Below are positions 1 to 9,928 of a DNA stretch of 64,000 bases, in pieces; positions within the stretch are counted from its first letter, which is position 1; every line of letters starts with the position of its first letter. Below the pieces are notes generated by a model, which did not search any database, was not told the DNA's origin, and saw nothing but the letters and a program-made list of their open reading frames with translations. Location of the stretch: assembly GCA_963713855.1 (NCBI GenBank), contig OY970209.1, positions 256,001 to 320,000 on the forward strand, in the 5' to 3' direction. This stretch comes from an uncultured bacterium. Its GTDB lineage: Bacteria > Babelota > Babeliae > Babelales > Babelaceae. The translations under genes and the position numbers were made by a program.

Positions 1-299
1 GTTGTTTCCTTTGACTCAAGTATGAGCGGATGAGCGGGGGTTGGTGTTGCTTTTGGGCCAGTGATAGGCTTTACTTCCTGGACTTGTGGCTCAGACGTTA
101 CAATTTTTGTCTTATCAGATGGTGTTGCCGGGGTTTCCTGCGCGCTTGTAATAGGTTGAAGAATAGGCGTGCTTGAAGCAAGAGGCTTTGAAACTACAGT
201 CTCTGCTGCTTTATTCGCTAAAGGAACACCCATCAAAAGAAGGGTCAAGCACGCGCGTGATAGCTTTATGAGTAATGTAAGCAATATGTTCATAATCAT
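1..299 (-). CDS. N-terminal part of a hypothetical exported protein with a Pro/Thr-rich region, running off the window edge
   Basis: Own translation: ATG at 299 (ATGA overlap with the upstream stop) or 293 gives MNILLTLLIKLSRACLTLLLMGVPLANKAAETVVSKPLASSTPILQP..., open to position 1. Hydrophobic N-terminus. Last visible gene of the gsp-like operon. Confidence 0.7.
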   Translation of the reverse strand, partial: MIMNILLTLLIKLSRACLTLLLMGVPLANKAAETVVSKPLASSTPILQPITSAQETPATPSDKTKIVTSEPQVQEVKPITGPKATPTPAHPLILESKET

Positions 300-850
300 T
301 CTGGGGCTAATTTTGGTTGTAAAGTAGCTATAACTAACGTTACATCAACTTTATCTACTTTTGGTTGCTTAATAACAACAACTTCTTTCGTATAGACACG
401 ATCATTTTTTTCGATCTTATACAAAAGTTCTGAAAGTTGTTTAGTGTCAATATCTCTAAAACTCGTATCAAGTTGTACTTCCTCATACCCATTATTAAGG
501 TCGTTTTCGGTAATTGTGGGCGTTTTACTCATCTTATTTGCTAAACCAACTTCTTTTAGAAGGAGCTCAAAATACTGGGGAATTTTAAAATTCTTGTCTC
601 GATTTAAAATAGTGTCTACGGCTGCTCTTTGTTCTACGATGCTCATGTGTTCTTGTAAAATACCTTTAACGACTTCTCGCTGCTTATTGACGCGATTCAT
701 ACGTAAAACAAAACCATTAATACGTCGCCTTTGCCAGTAAGCAAGCAGTCCCACTAAAGCAATGACTATTATAGAAAAAAGCGCAATGTACCGATAAAAG
801 GTTTTTATATCAAGCTCACGTATGGCATTTCTTATGTCTGCAATAGTCAT
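296..850 (-). CDS. gspM: Type II secretion protein M-like (GspM/PilO family)
   Basis: One N-terminal TM helix, a coiled coil, then a ferredoxin-like C-terminus (QLSELLYKIE...VDVTLVIATL). Directly downstream of the GspL-like gene with a 4-bp overlap. Confidence 0.7.
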   Translation of the reverse strand: MTIADIRNAIRELDIKTFYRYIALFSIIVIALVGLLAYWQRRRINGFVLRMNRVNKQREVVKGILQEHMSIVEQRAAVDTILNRDKNFKIPQYFELLLKEVGLANKMSKTPTITENDLNNGYEEVQLDTSFRDIDTKQLSELLYKIEKNDRVYTKEVVVIKQPKVDKVDVTLVIATLQPKLAPE

Positions 851-2427
851 GAGCTATCTCCTACTTTTTTATCAAGCGGAAGTTTTACGGAAAATTTAAG
901 CTCTTGCAATCGTGGCACGACGGTAAAAAGTTGCGATCGACGTAAGTCTTCTTCTAATTTTTTTAAAGCTTCATAGTCACGCACTTGGCCTTCAAGGTCT
1001 AAAGAGTCTTCTGTCAAGGTCAAGCGATCAAGGATGAGTCCAAGTCCATCAGGATCTAAGCGTGTGCTTAATTCCTGTAAATAATGCAAAAAAGAAGCCC
1101 TATTTTGAGTTGAAAGAGCAAACCATATGGCGCGCTCTCGAGCAACTTCTGTCTGAGCTGCTTTAACAACGACGTCAAGCGCATTGCTTTTAACGCGCGT
1201 TGCCATGGCAGGAAAAGCCTTTTTAAGCTTCACAACAGCTTCTTGCTCAGCGCCTTTAATAGCTTGGCCAAATCGGCGTGTCGTCAAAAAACCATTAGCT
1301 AAAACAGTAATAACAAGAAGTGCAATACCTGCAAGTATCGCAATAAACTGACGATTCATGCGAACATCTTCTAAAGCAAGCTCATGACCGCCATAAAGGT
1401 TAAACCGTGCGCTGCCTGGTAGTGCTAGAGCTGAGCTTACGACAATAATAGCTCGGTTAGGAATGCCATGATTCCCCTTAAGATCAGCAATACCATTCTG
1501 TATGATAAGCGAAGTGGTTATCGTTTTACATGGGATACCTATCACACGTTCAATAACCTCCGGTAAACCAGCAATATCAGCTGCGGCACCCATTAAAAAA
1601 CTTGTTTCAAACGCCATACCTTCAGGCAAATAAGCCTGAAAGGCTTGTAGCGTAAAACGTAAGTCGGTAAAAAAGCCTAAAACAGACTTCGGCACATCAT
1701 GTGCACTAAGTCGCGTATGCATAAATTGATCAAGGTCGGCATCATAAGCTCGAGCAAGCTTTGAAAGTCCCTCATTAATAAGACGAGCACCTTTAAGTGC
1801 CTCATTAACAACTGCACCGATACGCATCGTAGTGTTGCCGATATAAAGCAACAAAGCATTCGGCGCTGTTTTATGTAACCCGAGTGCTTTATAGATTGTA
1901 TAAAGTTCAATCACGTCAAGGGTCACGCGTGTTGGCTCGATACCTGCGTTTTGATACATACTAAGCTGATCTGCTAAAAGATCATTCCTAACAGCGACTG
2001 CAAGAACAGAAGCCTTGTCTTCATAAGTCCTTGTTACAAGTCCATCTACAGAAGCTTGCCCAACGGGAAATGGAAGCAGTGGCTCAAGCTCAAACGGAAG
2101 TGTGAGCTTAATCTTTTCAAGACTAGCAAAAGGAAACGTAAGCTCTTTAATAAAGGCAAAATTAGTCGGCAATACAACGTAAAATTCATCCCACTTTTTA
2201 AGCGTTGAAAGAGCTTGTGTAAGGGCTTTAGTAGCTCGTTCTGCTTGGCTTCCTCCTTCTTGGGGTAACGGCACCTCGACAACAGTCTCAAGTGTACGCT
2301 TTATTCCTTGGGCTTTTACAAGCGCAATTCTCACAACACTTTGCGTAATTTCGCATGCTGCTATTGAGTGTTCAAAAAGGTAATATCCATTACCAATGAC
2401 CTCAGGAAGAAAAAGAGAACGTATCAT
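847..2427 (-). CDS. gspL: Type II secretion protein L-like (PilM-type cytoplasmic domain, TM, PilN-like periplasmic domain)
   Basis: LTFPF...LPFELEPLLPFP motif typical of GspL/PilM; TM near residues 360-380; C-terminal LDLEGQV..YEALKKLEEDL; position after the secretin. Confidence 0.75.
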   Translation of the reverse strand: MIRSLFLPEVIGNGYYLFEHSIAACEITQSVVRIALVKAQGIKRTLETVVEVPLPQEGGSQAERATKALTQALSTLKKWDEFYVVLPTNFAFIKELTFPFASLEKIKLTLPFELEPLLPFPVGQASVDGLVTRTYEDKASVLAVAVRNDLLADQLSMYQNAGIEPTRVTLDVIELYTIYKALGLHKTAPNALLLYIGNTTMRIGAVVNEALKGARLINEGLSKLARAYDADLDQFMHTRLSAHDVPKSVLGFFTDLRFTLQAFQAYLPEGMAFETSFLMGAAADIAGLPEVIERVIGIPCKTITTSLIIQNGIADLKGNHGIPNRAIIVVSSALALPGSARFNLYGGHELALEDVRMNRQFIAILAGIALLVITVLANGFLTTRRFGQAIKGAEQEAVVKLKKAFPAMATRVKSNALDVVVKAAQTEVARERAIWFALSTQNRASFLHYLQELSTRLDPDGLGLILDRLTLTEDSLDLEGQVRDYEALKKLEEDLRRSQLFTVVPRLQELKFSVKLPLDKKVGDSS

Positions 2428-2429
2428 GC

Positions 2430-5393
2430 TTAATCTCCATCAACAAAATCACTCAAAGCTGGGCCGTACGCCGTAGGAGGTGGCGGCTGTTGAGCCAAAA
2501 AGTTAAACACCTCAGGACCATTAGTTACCTCAGCAATCGATTCTTTTCCAGCTTGAGGCACCATAGGCCTCGGTGGCGGATAACCGTTTGGCGGAGGCTC
2601 TATAAAACCCTGTTCTGCAGCTGAAAGCATCGGCAGTTCTCCTGGCGGTATACCCGGAGGCGGCATTGGCATAGCCATCATCTCGCCTTTTTCTATAAAT
2701 CCTCCCGGTCCTTGTGGTCCCAAAGGTGGTTCTTCTTGCCCTCTGACAGATCTACGACCACGAGACCTCCTAACTGGAGGAAGTGGAGGCTCAGGTGGCA
2801 TAGCGCCCTCTGGCGGTGCCCGGCGTCGAACACTGCGTCGGCCTCTTCGCTGGGCTCGAGCTACCTTTTCAGCAGAAGGGTTGGTGTTAAATGCCCTCAT
2901 GCGGTCAGCGATTGGATCGCGCTTATCACCAAAGAACCAAGTATTAACAGGATCTTTCAGTTGTTCATCGCAGGTCATTTTATCAAGCAAGTCGTGGGCT
3001 TCAGTCATTTGGGTATTGGTAAATGCCTCAATTCTTCGGCGCGAATGTGGGTTAATAATCTCGGCCGATATAAGAACAAGTAAGCTCGACTTAGCTTGAT
3101 CTTTACGTTTACTTTTGAAAAACCAGCCTAAGATAGGAACATCTCCCAATATCGGCACTTTAAATTCTGTCTCCGTGACAACGTCTTGAGTTATTCCTCC
3201 GAGCGCTAGCACTTGATTATCTTCAACGATAACTGAGGTATCTATTCTTTTCTCGTTACGGTTACCCTGCGCTGGATCAGTTGAGGGGTTGGAGCTATTT
3301 TGTGCCAACGTTGTAAAAGCACTGCTTCTCACAGAAACGACAAGCGTTACAAGACCGTCGGGGCTTATTTGGGGAGTAATTTCAAGAGTCAAGCCCGCCG
3401 TCAAATCCCCAAACGTCGAAACAGGTTGAGTATTTCCGCCTTGTATCGTCGATGTTACAACGTGGCGCACTTCTTCAATCGTTATCTGGGCACGGTATTT
3501 GTGTGTTGTTATAAGAAACGGCTTTGCAACAACTGAAACGTTGCTTATCGATGAAAGAATTTTAAAGATGCCCCAGACTCCAAAAGCATCAGCCCCAAGA
3601 GTTACAACGGTAGATCCAGGAACGTTTGCACTTGCTAAACTTACTAAATTTGCAAGTAATCGTTGCGAACCAGGACCTTTCGGGTTTAATTGTAAGCCAG
3701 CAAAAGCTCCATTAAACGGAAGTCCCGAAGTCTGAAAGTTAATGCCGGGTAAGCCTGTTGCAGCATTAGCAGGCGTATCAGCTCCCAAAACTCCGTTCAA
3801 CTGCGGTATCGCGTTACGAAATTGTATACCGAGTGAGCGCGTATTCGCCCATGTTATGTTAAGGACCAGTGTCCTTATGGCCACCTGCGGCTGCTCTGTA
3901 TCTATTTTTTCTAAAAGATCATAAATCTGCAAATAGTCATCGTACTCAGCGTTAACTATGAGGCTGTTTGTGGACTTTTCAGCCGTTACCGTTACGGTAG
4001 GCTTTAAGAACTTAATGCCACCAATGACACCTCCAAATTGTGTAGCACCTATGGCGCTTTCGGGCTGGAAGCCTTTTAACTCATTAATAATTTGGGCAGT
4101 CGCTTCAGCGTCAATGTATTTTAGGGGATATACGTGCAATGGCGAATAAGGCAAATCAATATCTCTGTCTACCTCTCGACGAATGAACTGCTCAATTTTT
4201 TCAACATTAACGCGGGGTCCTAAGAGAACTAATGAATTAGTGCGTGGATCAGCTATAACTCGAACATTCTCAGTAAAATAGGCGATAGTAGATTGCTTTC
4301 TGCCGCCCGGGCTTAAGCGCGCAAGTAAACTTGATTCCTCTTTGACAAGTGAATCATATAACGCTTTAACCTTTGTTGCATCGGCATTAATAAGCTTAAT
4401 AATAGTTAATGTTTCAGGCAAAATAGGCTTATCTAGCTCCTTAAGAATAGCCAAAATAGAGCGAATATTTGATGCTTTGTCCGTAAGTATTAGAGCATTT
4501 AAATCTTCAATAATAATTGGTGTGCCCGCAATTGTACTTTTAAGGTTATCAGCAACCGTCTTAATAACATTAGGCGTCGTATTCTGGATAAAATAGATAT
4601 AGCGGATTCTAATATCGCTATCAGGCAACATGCCGTAATCGATACCAATAAATAACGGCACAGGATCCCGAGCCGTGCTAAATGCAGAATTACGGGCACT
4701 ATTGGTAACAAGAAACATGCGCTCAACGGGACCTGGTATCACCATAAGCCCAGCCATATCGAGGAACTTAAGAAAAACGTTCCAAGCTTCTTTTCTGTTA
4801 AGAGCACGCTCTGTTTTAAAAGTGAACTTAACTCCCGCAATTTGCCGAGCACCCGGTTCCGGTGGTTTTATAATATCATCCAAAACGAGGCTTAATCCGT
4901 ATTGCTGCTCAAAATAGCGAATGAGGTTAATAAGCTCAGCATTTTCAAAATTTATCTCAATAAAGCGATCAGGCGGTAAGTACTCCCAAGGGTTTAAAAA
5001 TTGTCCTAGATACGCATAATTAGGAAGAGCCTGCTCAGTTCGAGATTCTCCTATAAAAAATGATTTTTCCAAAAAACCTGATGAGCCTGGACCCGGTTTT
5101 ATAATAACAGGCACCGCTTCTTCTTTTTTTACATCAGCCTTGATAGCTTGTTTTAATTTCTCGCTAAATTGCGGCGAGAAAATAGGTGGAAAAAGGTTTT
5201 CGACAAGCGATTTTTCAATAGTTTTTATAGGATCAGCAACAAAAGGCGAGTATTCAGCCGCTACATGATCAAAAGAGCCCAGCATGTTCTCTTTTTGAAA
5301 GAGCGGTACACCAAAAGATTGGCCATAAAGAGTGCTTGATAGAATGATGCTCACCACATAACATCTTACAAAAAAGCTTTTTACAAATCCCAT
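2430..5393 (-). CDS. gspD: Type II secretion secretin GspD with long N- and C-terminal extensions
   Basis: N0 motif INFENAEL, N-domain repeats (ADPRTNSLVLLG; AEKSTNSLIV), secretin motifs LEITPQISPDG and KVPILGDVPILGWFFKS. The track start is 5441; ATG 5393 is more plausible. Confidence 0.92.
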   Translation of the reverse strand: MGFVKSFFVRCYVVSIILSSTLYGQSFGVPLFQKENMLGSFDHVAAEYSPFVADPIKTIEKSLVENLFPPIFSPQFSEKLKQAIKADVKKEEAVPVIIKPGPGSSGFLEKSFFIGESRTEQALPNYAYLGQFLNPWEYLPPDRFIEINFENAELINLIRYFEQQYGLSLVLDDIIKPPEPGARQIAGVKFTFKTERALNRKEAWNVFLKFLDMAGLMVIPGPVERMFLVTNSARNSAFSTARDPVPLFIGIDYGMLPDSDIRIRYIYFIQNTTPNVIKTVADNLKSTIAGTPIIIEDLNALILTDKASNIRSILAILKELDKPILPETLTIIKLINADATKVKALYDSLVKEESSLLARLSPGGRKQSTIAYFTENVRVIADPRTNSLVLLGPRVNVEKIEQFIRREVDRDIDLPYSPLHVYPLKYIDAEATAQIINELKGFQPESAIGATQFGGVIGGIKFLKPTVTVTAEKSTNSLIVNAEYDDYLQIYDLLEKIDTEQPQVAIRTLVLNITWANTRSLGIQFRNAIPQLNGVLGADTPANAATGLPGINFQTSGLPFNGAFAGLQLNPKGPGSQRLLANLVSLASANVPGSTVVTLGADAFGVWGIFKILSSISNVSVVAKPFLITTHKYRAQITIEEVRHVVTSTIQGGNTQPVSTFGDLTAGLTLEITPQISPDGLVTLVVSVRSSAFTTLAQNSSNPSTDPAQGNRNEKRIDTSVIVEDNQVLALGGITQDVVTETEFKVPILGDVPILGWFFKSKRKDQAKSSLLVLISAEIINPHSRRRIEAFTNTQMTEAHDLLDKMTCDEQLKDPVNTWFFGDKRDPIADRMRAFNTNPSAEKVARAQRRGRRSVRRRAPPEGAMPPEPPLPPVRRSRGRRSVRGQEEPPLGPQGPGGFIEKGEMMAMPMPPPGIPPGELPMLSAAEQGFIEPPPNGYPPPRPMVPQAGKESIAEVTNGPEVFNFLAQQPPPPTAYGPALSDFVDGD

Positions 5394-5406
5394 ATAGTTT
5401 ATGCTC

Positions 5407-6459
5407 TTATGTTCGTTGCAACCATGCAGAACGACCTCCATTGTGAGTTCTTCTTGGTTGATTAGTTATTGCGATGCTTTTGTCTAACTGTTGGCCTTGA
5501 ATCTCTTCTCCTTCAGTGACCTTTTGCGGCTGCATAACTTCTTGAGTGAGTGGCTTTAGCACATACAAAAGTTCGTAAGTCCGCTTATTGCGAGTTAATT
5601 TAACACGTATCGACCCGTCAAAGGAAAGATTTTTCACGGATTGATATGCAGCAACACGTTCCTGTGTCGTAAAAAGTGGCATATCGTTAATTGCAGTAAC
5701 AAGGTCTCCACTTTGCAAACCTAAAGCAATACCAAGCGAGTCTGGTGCTATTCTCCCGATACGGCAACCAACGCTTATGCCTTTGTCGAAGGCACCCGTA
5801 ATATCTAGCATATCAACAAACTGGGCGAGGCTCTTTAAACGATTTTTAATTGCCTGTGGATCAACTGCAAACGACCACGTTGTAATTTTTCTGGCAACTT
5901 TATCCCAGCCAGTCTCATGCATAAAAATAGGATCCTCTGAGGCAGCACGAACATTTAAAAAGATAGTTTCTTGCTGACCATTCGATCGAATAAAGACCAC
6001 TTTTTCCCGTTCAATCCGGATAATTTCCGCGTCTTCAAGTATATCACCAACAGAATAAATATCCTCTTTTTTTGTTTTTTCATCAGCCACAATTGCTCGA
6101 TTGATCTTCTCGTCATTGCTTGTAATAATACCTTTTAGGGACACTAAAAGAGGGTCAAGAAATTGAACCTGCGGGATGCGTACGCTTGGTGGTGGTAAAG
6201 CGGAAGGCAAGGGTGGCGGTGTAAGGTTGAAGGTTTCTGGTACGACCGGTTTTAAAGGTTTACGGTACGTTCTAAAAAGATCATTTTCGTAAATACGACT
6301 TAGATCAATTGGTACGCTTTTAAAAGGTAGCGCTATGGTCGCAGAGGGCGTTAAAGATTTACGTGCCGGTGGAACTTTACGTGTTATGAGAATAACACCC
6401 AGAGTCATCAAAAAAAGAAGAGCAAGGCCCAAAACAAGCACCCACAAAGGATTTCTCAT
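5407..6459 (-). CDS. gspC: Type II secretion protein C with PDZ domain
   Basis: N-terminal TM, HR domain (LKGII...AIVAD...YSVGDIL.DAEIIRIEREKVV), PDZ-like LGLQSGDLVTAIN; immediately upstream of the secretin. Confidence 0.85.
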   Translation of the reverse strand: MRNPLWVLVLGLALLFLMTLGVILITRKVPPARKSLTPSATIALPFKSVPIDLSRIYENDLFRTYRKPLKPVVPETFNLTPPPLPSALPPPSVRIPQVQFLDPLLVSLKGIITSNDEKINRAIVADEKTKKEDIYSVGDILEDAEIIRIEREKVVFIRSNGQQETIFLNVRAASEDPIFMHETGWDKVARKITTWSFAVDPQAIKNRLKSLAQFVDMLDITGAFDKGISVGCRIGRIAPDSLGIALGLQSGDLVTAINDMPLFTTQERVAAYQSVKNLSFDGSIRVKLTRNKRTYELLYVLKPLTQEVMQPQKVTEGEEIQGQQLDKSIAITNQPRRTHNGGRSAWLQRT

Positions 6460-6579
6460 ACTCCGCCCTAATTAAGCTTTTATTTACACGTACGCATTAG
6501 AACAATACTCTCGTTTCACAACGAATTTGTCAAGACATAACGCATTTTTAATGCAAAAAATGCGCTCATTTGTTTATTC

Positions 6580-7329
6580 TCAAATGACATCAGTGGTGAT
6601 TGGCCCTTGCTGCACACCGCGGATAAATTGATAGATGTAAGGATTATCCTCGTGCCAAATGCTTTTTGCAGGGCCAAAAAATTTAATAACTCCCTCGTGT
6701 AAAAGTGCCACGTAGTCAGCATACTTAAAGATTTCTGGATCATGCGAAATGACCAAAGATGTAACATCGTAGTCAAGCTGCATTTTATGCATAAGCTCAT
6801 GCACTATGCGGGCGTTAATGGGATCGAGGCCTGCTGTAGGCTCATCATACAGAATGATCTTTGGATTACGAACTAAAGCTCGCGTAATACCAACGCGCTT
6901 ACGCATACCCCCTGATAGCTCACACGGATAACGATCAAGCATAGCAGGATCAAGATTTACAAGTGCGGCCTTTTCCTGAACACATGGTAGAACTGATGAA
7001 AGTGAATAACCTTGCTCAATGAGTGGCAGTGCTATATTTTCCGCTACGGTTAAAGAATCAAGAAGTGCAGCAAACTGAAAGACGTAGCTAACTGTGCTAA
7101 AAATAGCTTCAACAGCTCGAGACGGCGAAGAAATAATTGATCTTTGGTCAATAAGAATATCACCAGACGTAGGCTTTAATAAACCCATAATTTGCTTTAA
7201 TAAGACGGATTTACCTTCACCTGAACGGCCCACGATGCAGGTCATTTTCCCCGCCGGAAAAAAGGCGCTAATACCTGCAGCCACCCACCGATCACCAAAC
7301 TTTTTACGAACATCTACTAATTCAATCAT
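6580..7329 (-). CDS. mlaF: ABC transporter ATP-binding protein, MlaF/Mkl family
   Basis: Walker A GRSGEGKS, signature LSGGMRKRVG, Walker B ILYDEPTAGLDP; adjacent to the MlaE-type permease. Confidence 0.9.
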   Translation of the reverse strand: MIELVDVRKKFGDRWVAAGISAFFPAGKMTCIVGRSGEGKSVLLKQIMGLLKPTSGDILIDQRSIISSPSRAVEAIFSTVSYVFQFAALLDSLTVAENIALPLIEQGYSLSSVLPCVQEKAALVNLDPAMLDRYPCELSGGMRKRVGITRALVRNPKIILYDEPTAGLDPINARIVHELMHKMQLDYDVTSLVISHDPEIFKYADYVALLHEGVIKFFGPAKSIWHEDNPYIYQFIRGVQQGPITTDVI

Positions 7330-8114
7330 CCAAGGCCTGCCTGGAAGAGAAAGGTACTAATAAGGTAGTTAGCAATCAATATAAGAAGACAGCCTATAAT
7401 AACACAGCGTGTCGTGGCTTTACCGATACCCTCAGCGCCACCTTCAGCCGTGTATCCACAATAGGAGCCCGCAATAGCAATAATGATACCAAAAAAAATA
7501 GATTTAATAATACCAACAAGCATGTCAGAAAACTCTGCGATGTTTCTTATGCTCGTAATGTAATGCTCAGCATTAAGCTCGAGAACACGCCCATAAAAAA
7601 AGTAGCCAGCACCAATACCGCAAAACATGGAAAGAATAGTAAGGCAGGGAACAGCGATGACGCTTGCAACTAAGCGTGGAACGATAAGATATTGAACGGG
7701 GTTTATTGCTAATGTTTTTAGAGCATCTATCTGCTCAGTCGCTCTCATGGTTGCTAATTCTGCCGCCATGGCTGATCCCGCACGTGCAGTTACCATAAGC
7801 CCGGTAAGGACCGGCCCTAGCTCACGCATCATACCCATAGCAACAACAGCACCCATAAAACCATGTGCACCAAAACGGCTAAACCCAACGTATGACTGTA
7901 AAGCTAATGCAAGACCCGTAAAAGAACCAGTCAGCAGAATAATGGGCACAGACTCAATACCAATCTTCATGATTTGCGACCGCATCTGGTGAACCTTCAA
8001 GGAGCTTGTACACAAAGCATAGGTCGTCGCTCCAAAAAAAGTTATAAATTGAGTTAGAGCAATAACACTAGAAAGCGTATAGGAGCCTAATTGGGTAACA
8101 AGCCTTAAAGACAT
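7326..8114 (-). CDS. mlaE: ABC transporter permease, MlaE family
   Basis: RELGPVLTGLMVTARAGSAMAAELATMRATEQIDAL signature and GGAEGIGKATT. Confidence 0.92.
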   Translation of the reverse strand: MSLRLVTQLGSYTLSSVIALTQFITFFGATTYALCTSSLKVHQMRSQIMKIGIESVPIILLTGSFTGLALALQSYVGFSRFGAHGFMGAVVAMGMMRELGPVLTGLMVTARAGSAMAAELATMRATEQIDALKTLAINPVQYLIVPRLVASVIAVPCLTILSMFCGIGAGYFFYGRVLELNAEHYITSIRNIAEFSDMLVGIIKSIFFGIIIAIAGSYCGYTAEGGAEGIGKATTRCVIIGCLLILIANYLISTFLFQAGLG

Positions 8115-8116
8115 AC

Positions 8117-8464
8117 CTACGAAGCTTGTACAGGGGGAGGTGTAACAGCTTTTGTCTCAGGAGCAACTTCTTTAGCCGCAGGCTTTGGCTCATTAACTTT
8201 AATGTAGCGTATGTCATGCAGATAAGAAGATTTTAATAGACCAAGACCCACCGAGCCAAACATAAATGCAGCTCCTAAGACCCAGGTTATCTTTTGAAAG
8301 AGGTCTTGTCCTCCTGAGCCACCAAAAAGCATCTGGGTACCACCACCCAAATTACCAAGCCCCATGCTCCCTTTACCCTTCTGGACAAGCACAAGAGTGA
8401 TCAAGGATACGCATACAATAATAAAAAGCGTTAATAAGATTCCATAAAGCATCGAATACCTCAC
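8117..8464 (-). CDS. secG: Preprotein translocase subunit SecG
   Basis: LVLVQKGKG..GLG.LGGG...LFGGSG...LFQKITWVL and two TM helices. The true start may be ATG 8452. Confidence 0.9.
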   Translation of the reverse strand: MRYSMLYGILLTLFIIVCVSLITLVLVQKGKGSMGLGNLGGGTQMLFGGSGGQDLFQKITWVLGAAFMFGSVGLGLLKSSYLHDIRYIKVNEPKPAAKEVAPETKAVTPPPVQAS

Positions 8465-8719
8465 ATACGTAGTTTCTTATTAGAATAACGCTTTTTTAGC
8501 GATCTTGCAAAAGCATATGAGCGTAAAGCCCTTACGTACCTCAAAAGACGTAGAGCACCTTTAAAAAGCGGTACCACAAGATCAGATTTTAACACTTGAT
8601 TGGGCCCTCAGTCACCATTATCTCGGCTTGTATAATCGTTCATTAATCGGTAGAATTTTAAAAGACAAATTGCTCATAGTGTCTGCACAAGCATCATATT
8701 TACTAATAAAAGGCATATT

Positions 8720-9220
8720 ATGAAAAATACTCTAGTACTGTGTGCACTGCTCTTTATCGGAGCATATTCTTCGGGTAACGAAAATGTGGCCGAACTTAAA
8801 AAAGCTGTACAGCGGCAAAACGAGATGCAGGTTAAAAATGCTCTTGCAAAAGTAGGCAAATTAAGCCTATTTAATAAGCGTGAAATTGAAGAGGCCGCTC
8901 GAGTCATCCTTGATCATCTCGTAAAGGAAGAATCTAACTCGGGAACCATTTCATACCTTATACCAAGTATCGCAACTACGATCATTACAGGAATCATCAC
9001 AGCCGCAATACTGAACACCAACTACAACATAGACGATTGTCAATGTTATACAGCGATCACCACGGCGATTGTAGCCTTATCAGCAACTATTGCTTCACTA
9101 GCTATTATTATTAGCGCTGCAAAAGGCAACACCAGCTTGAAGTATGACAAAGAACTGCCGTTAAAAGTCGAGAATGCACGCACTATTCTTGAGCTCATAC
9201 AAGAAATACCTACAACGTAA
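8720..9220 (+). CDS. Exported hydrophobic-hairpin family protein, paralogue 1
   Basis: Signal peptide, ELKKAV...VKNAL helical segment, two TM helices with a Cys-containing loop, C-terminal amphipathic helix; similar to the four neighbouring ORFs. Confidence 0.75.
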   Translation: MKNTLVLCALLFIGAYSSGNENVAELKKAVQRQNEMQVKNALAKVGKLSLFNKREIEEAARVILDHLVKEESNSGTISYLIPSIATTIITGIITAAILNTNYNIDDCQCYTAITTAIVALSATIASLAIIISAAKGNTSLKYDKELPLKVENARTILELIQEIPTT

Positions 9221-9268
9221 CCGTTAAAGTTCCTAGAACATAATCATCTTAAAAAATAAGGATTTCTT

Positions 9269-9739
9269 ATGAAAAACTTTTTTCTCGTGGTCGCATTTCT
9301 TCTTAACTGCGCTCTTTGCTTTGGCGATACTGCCCAATTAGAAAAAGCTATTACTGCACAGGATCTAAACCAAGTAAAGCAGATTCTCAAAACCCTTGGC
9401 ACCCTCAGCTTATATAATAAGCGCGTTGCGGAAGAGATGGCTTTAACGAAATTCGACAATTTGCAAAAAGCAGACAATGATAATAGTGATCACAGCAGCT
9501 TAGTAACGATTATATCAACGATGCTTACCATAGCTGCAGGAGTTGGAGTTCAAAATGTAGCAAAATGCAGAGACGAATGTTTATGCGTTAGCGGCGTTTT
9601 AGTTTTAGGTGGAATAGGTATAGCAAGTGCGATTAGCGCTATGAGAAGCTTTCTCAGCATTAATGATCCTAAATTTAAGCAACTTCTAGATAATGCCGAA
9701 AAGATTCTTCAAGCAATTAAAGATACCCCAACAGCTTAA
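9269..9739 (+). CDS. Exported hydrophobic-hairpin family protein, paralogue 2
   Basis: Shares LEKAI...VKQIL..LG.LSLYNKR and NAEKILQAIKDTPT with paralogue 1; AAGGA RBS. Confidence 0.75.
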   Translation: MKNFFLVVAFLLNCALCFGDTAQLEKAITAQDLNQVKQILKTLGTLSLYNKRVAEEMALTKFDNLQKADNDNSDHSSLVTIISTMLTIAAGVGVQNVAKCRDECLCVSGVLVLGGIGIASAISAMRSFLSINDPKFKQLLDNAEKILQAIKDTPTA

Positions 9740-9750
9740 GTCTTATTTTT

Positions 9751-9774
9751 GAGGAGGATTTTACAATCCTCCTC
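9751..9774. terminator. Stem-loop after paralogue 2 (terminator or processing hairpin)
   Basis: GAGGAGGATT-TTAC-AATCCTCCTC perfect 10-bp stem; no clear U-tract. Confidence 0.45.
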
Positions 9775-9848
9775 TGCCATCCCAACTTTAACGATATCCA
9801 CAAAAAATTCACTCGCGTTCAAAAGTTATCTCTAAAATAAGAGAACGG

Positions 9849-9877
9849 TTGAGCAGTTTTTAAATAAGAGCTATATT
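9849..9877 (+). promoter_or_regulatory. Sigma70-like promoter of paralogue 3
   Basis: TTGAGC-N17-TATATT upstream of ATG 9929. Confidence 0.5.
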
Positions 9878-9928
9878 AAAAAGTCAAATAGCTACTAGTT
9901 ACATATATTCACAAAAAAAAGGCTTTTT

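Noticed and set aside
8465..8719. Possible tRNA next to secG, and track ORF 8674-8907
   Set aside because: No cloverleaf or T-arm GTTC motif is visible; the ORF is antisense to paralogue 1.
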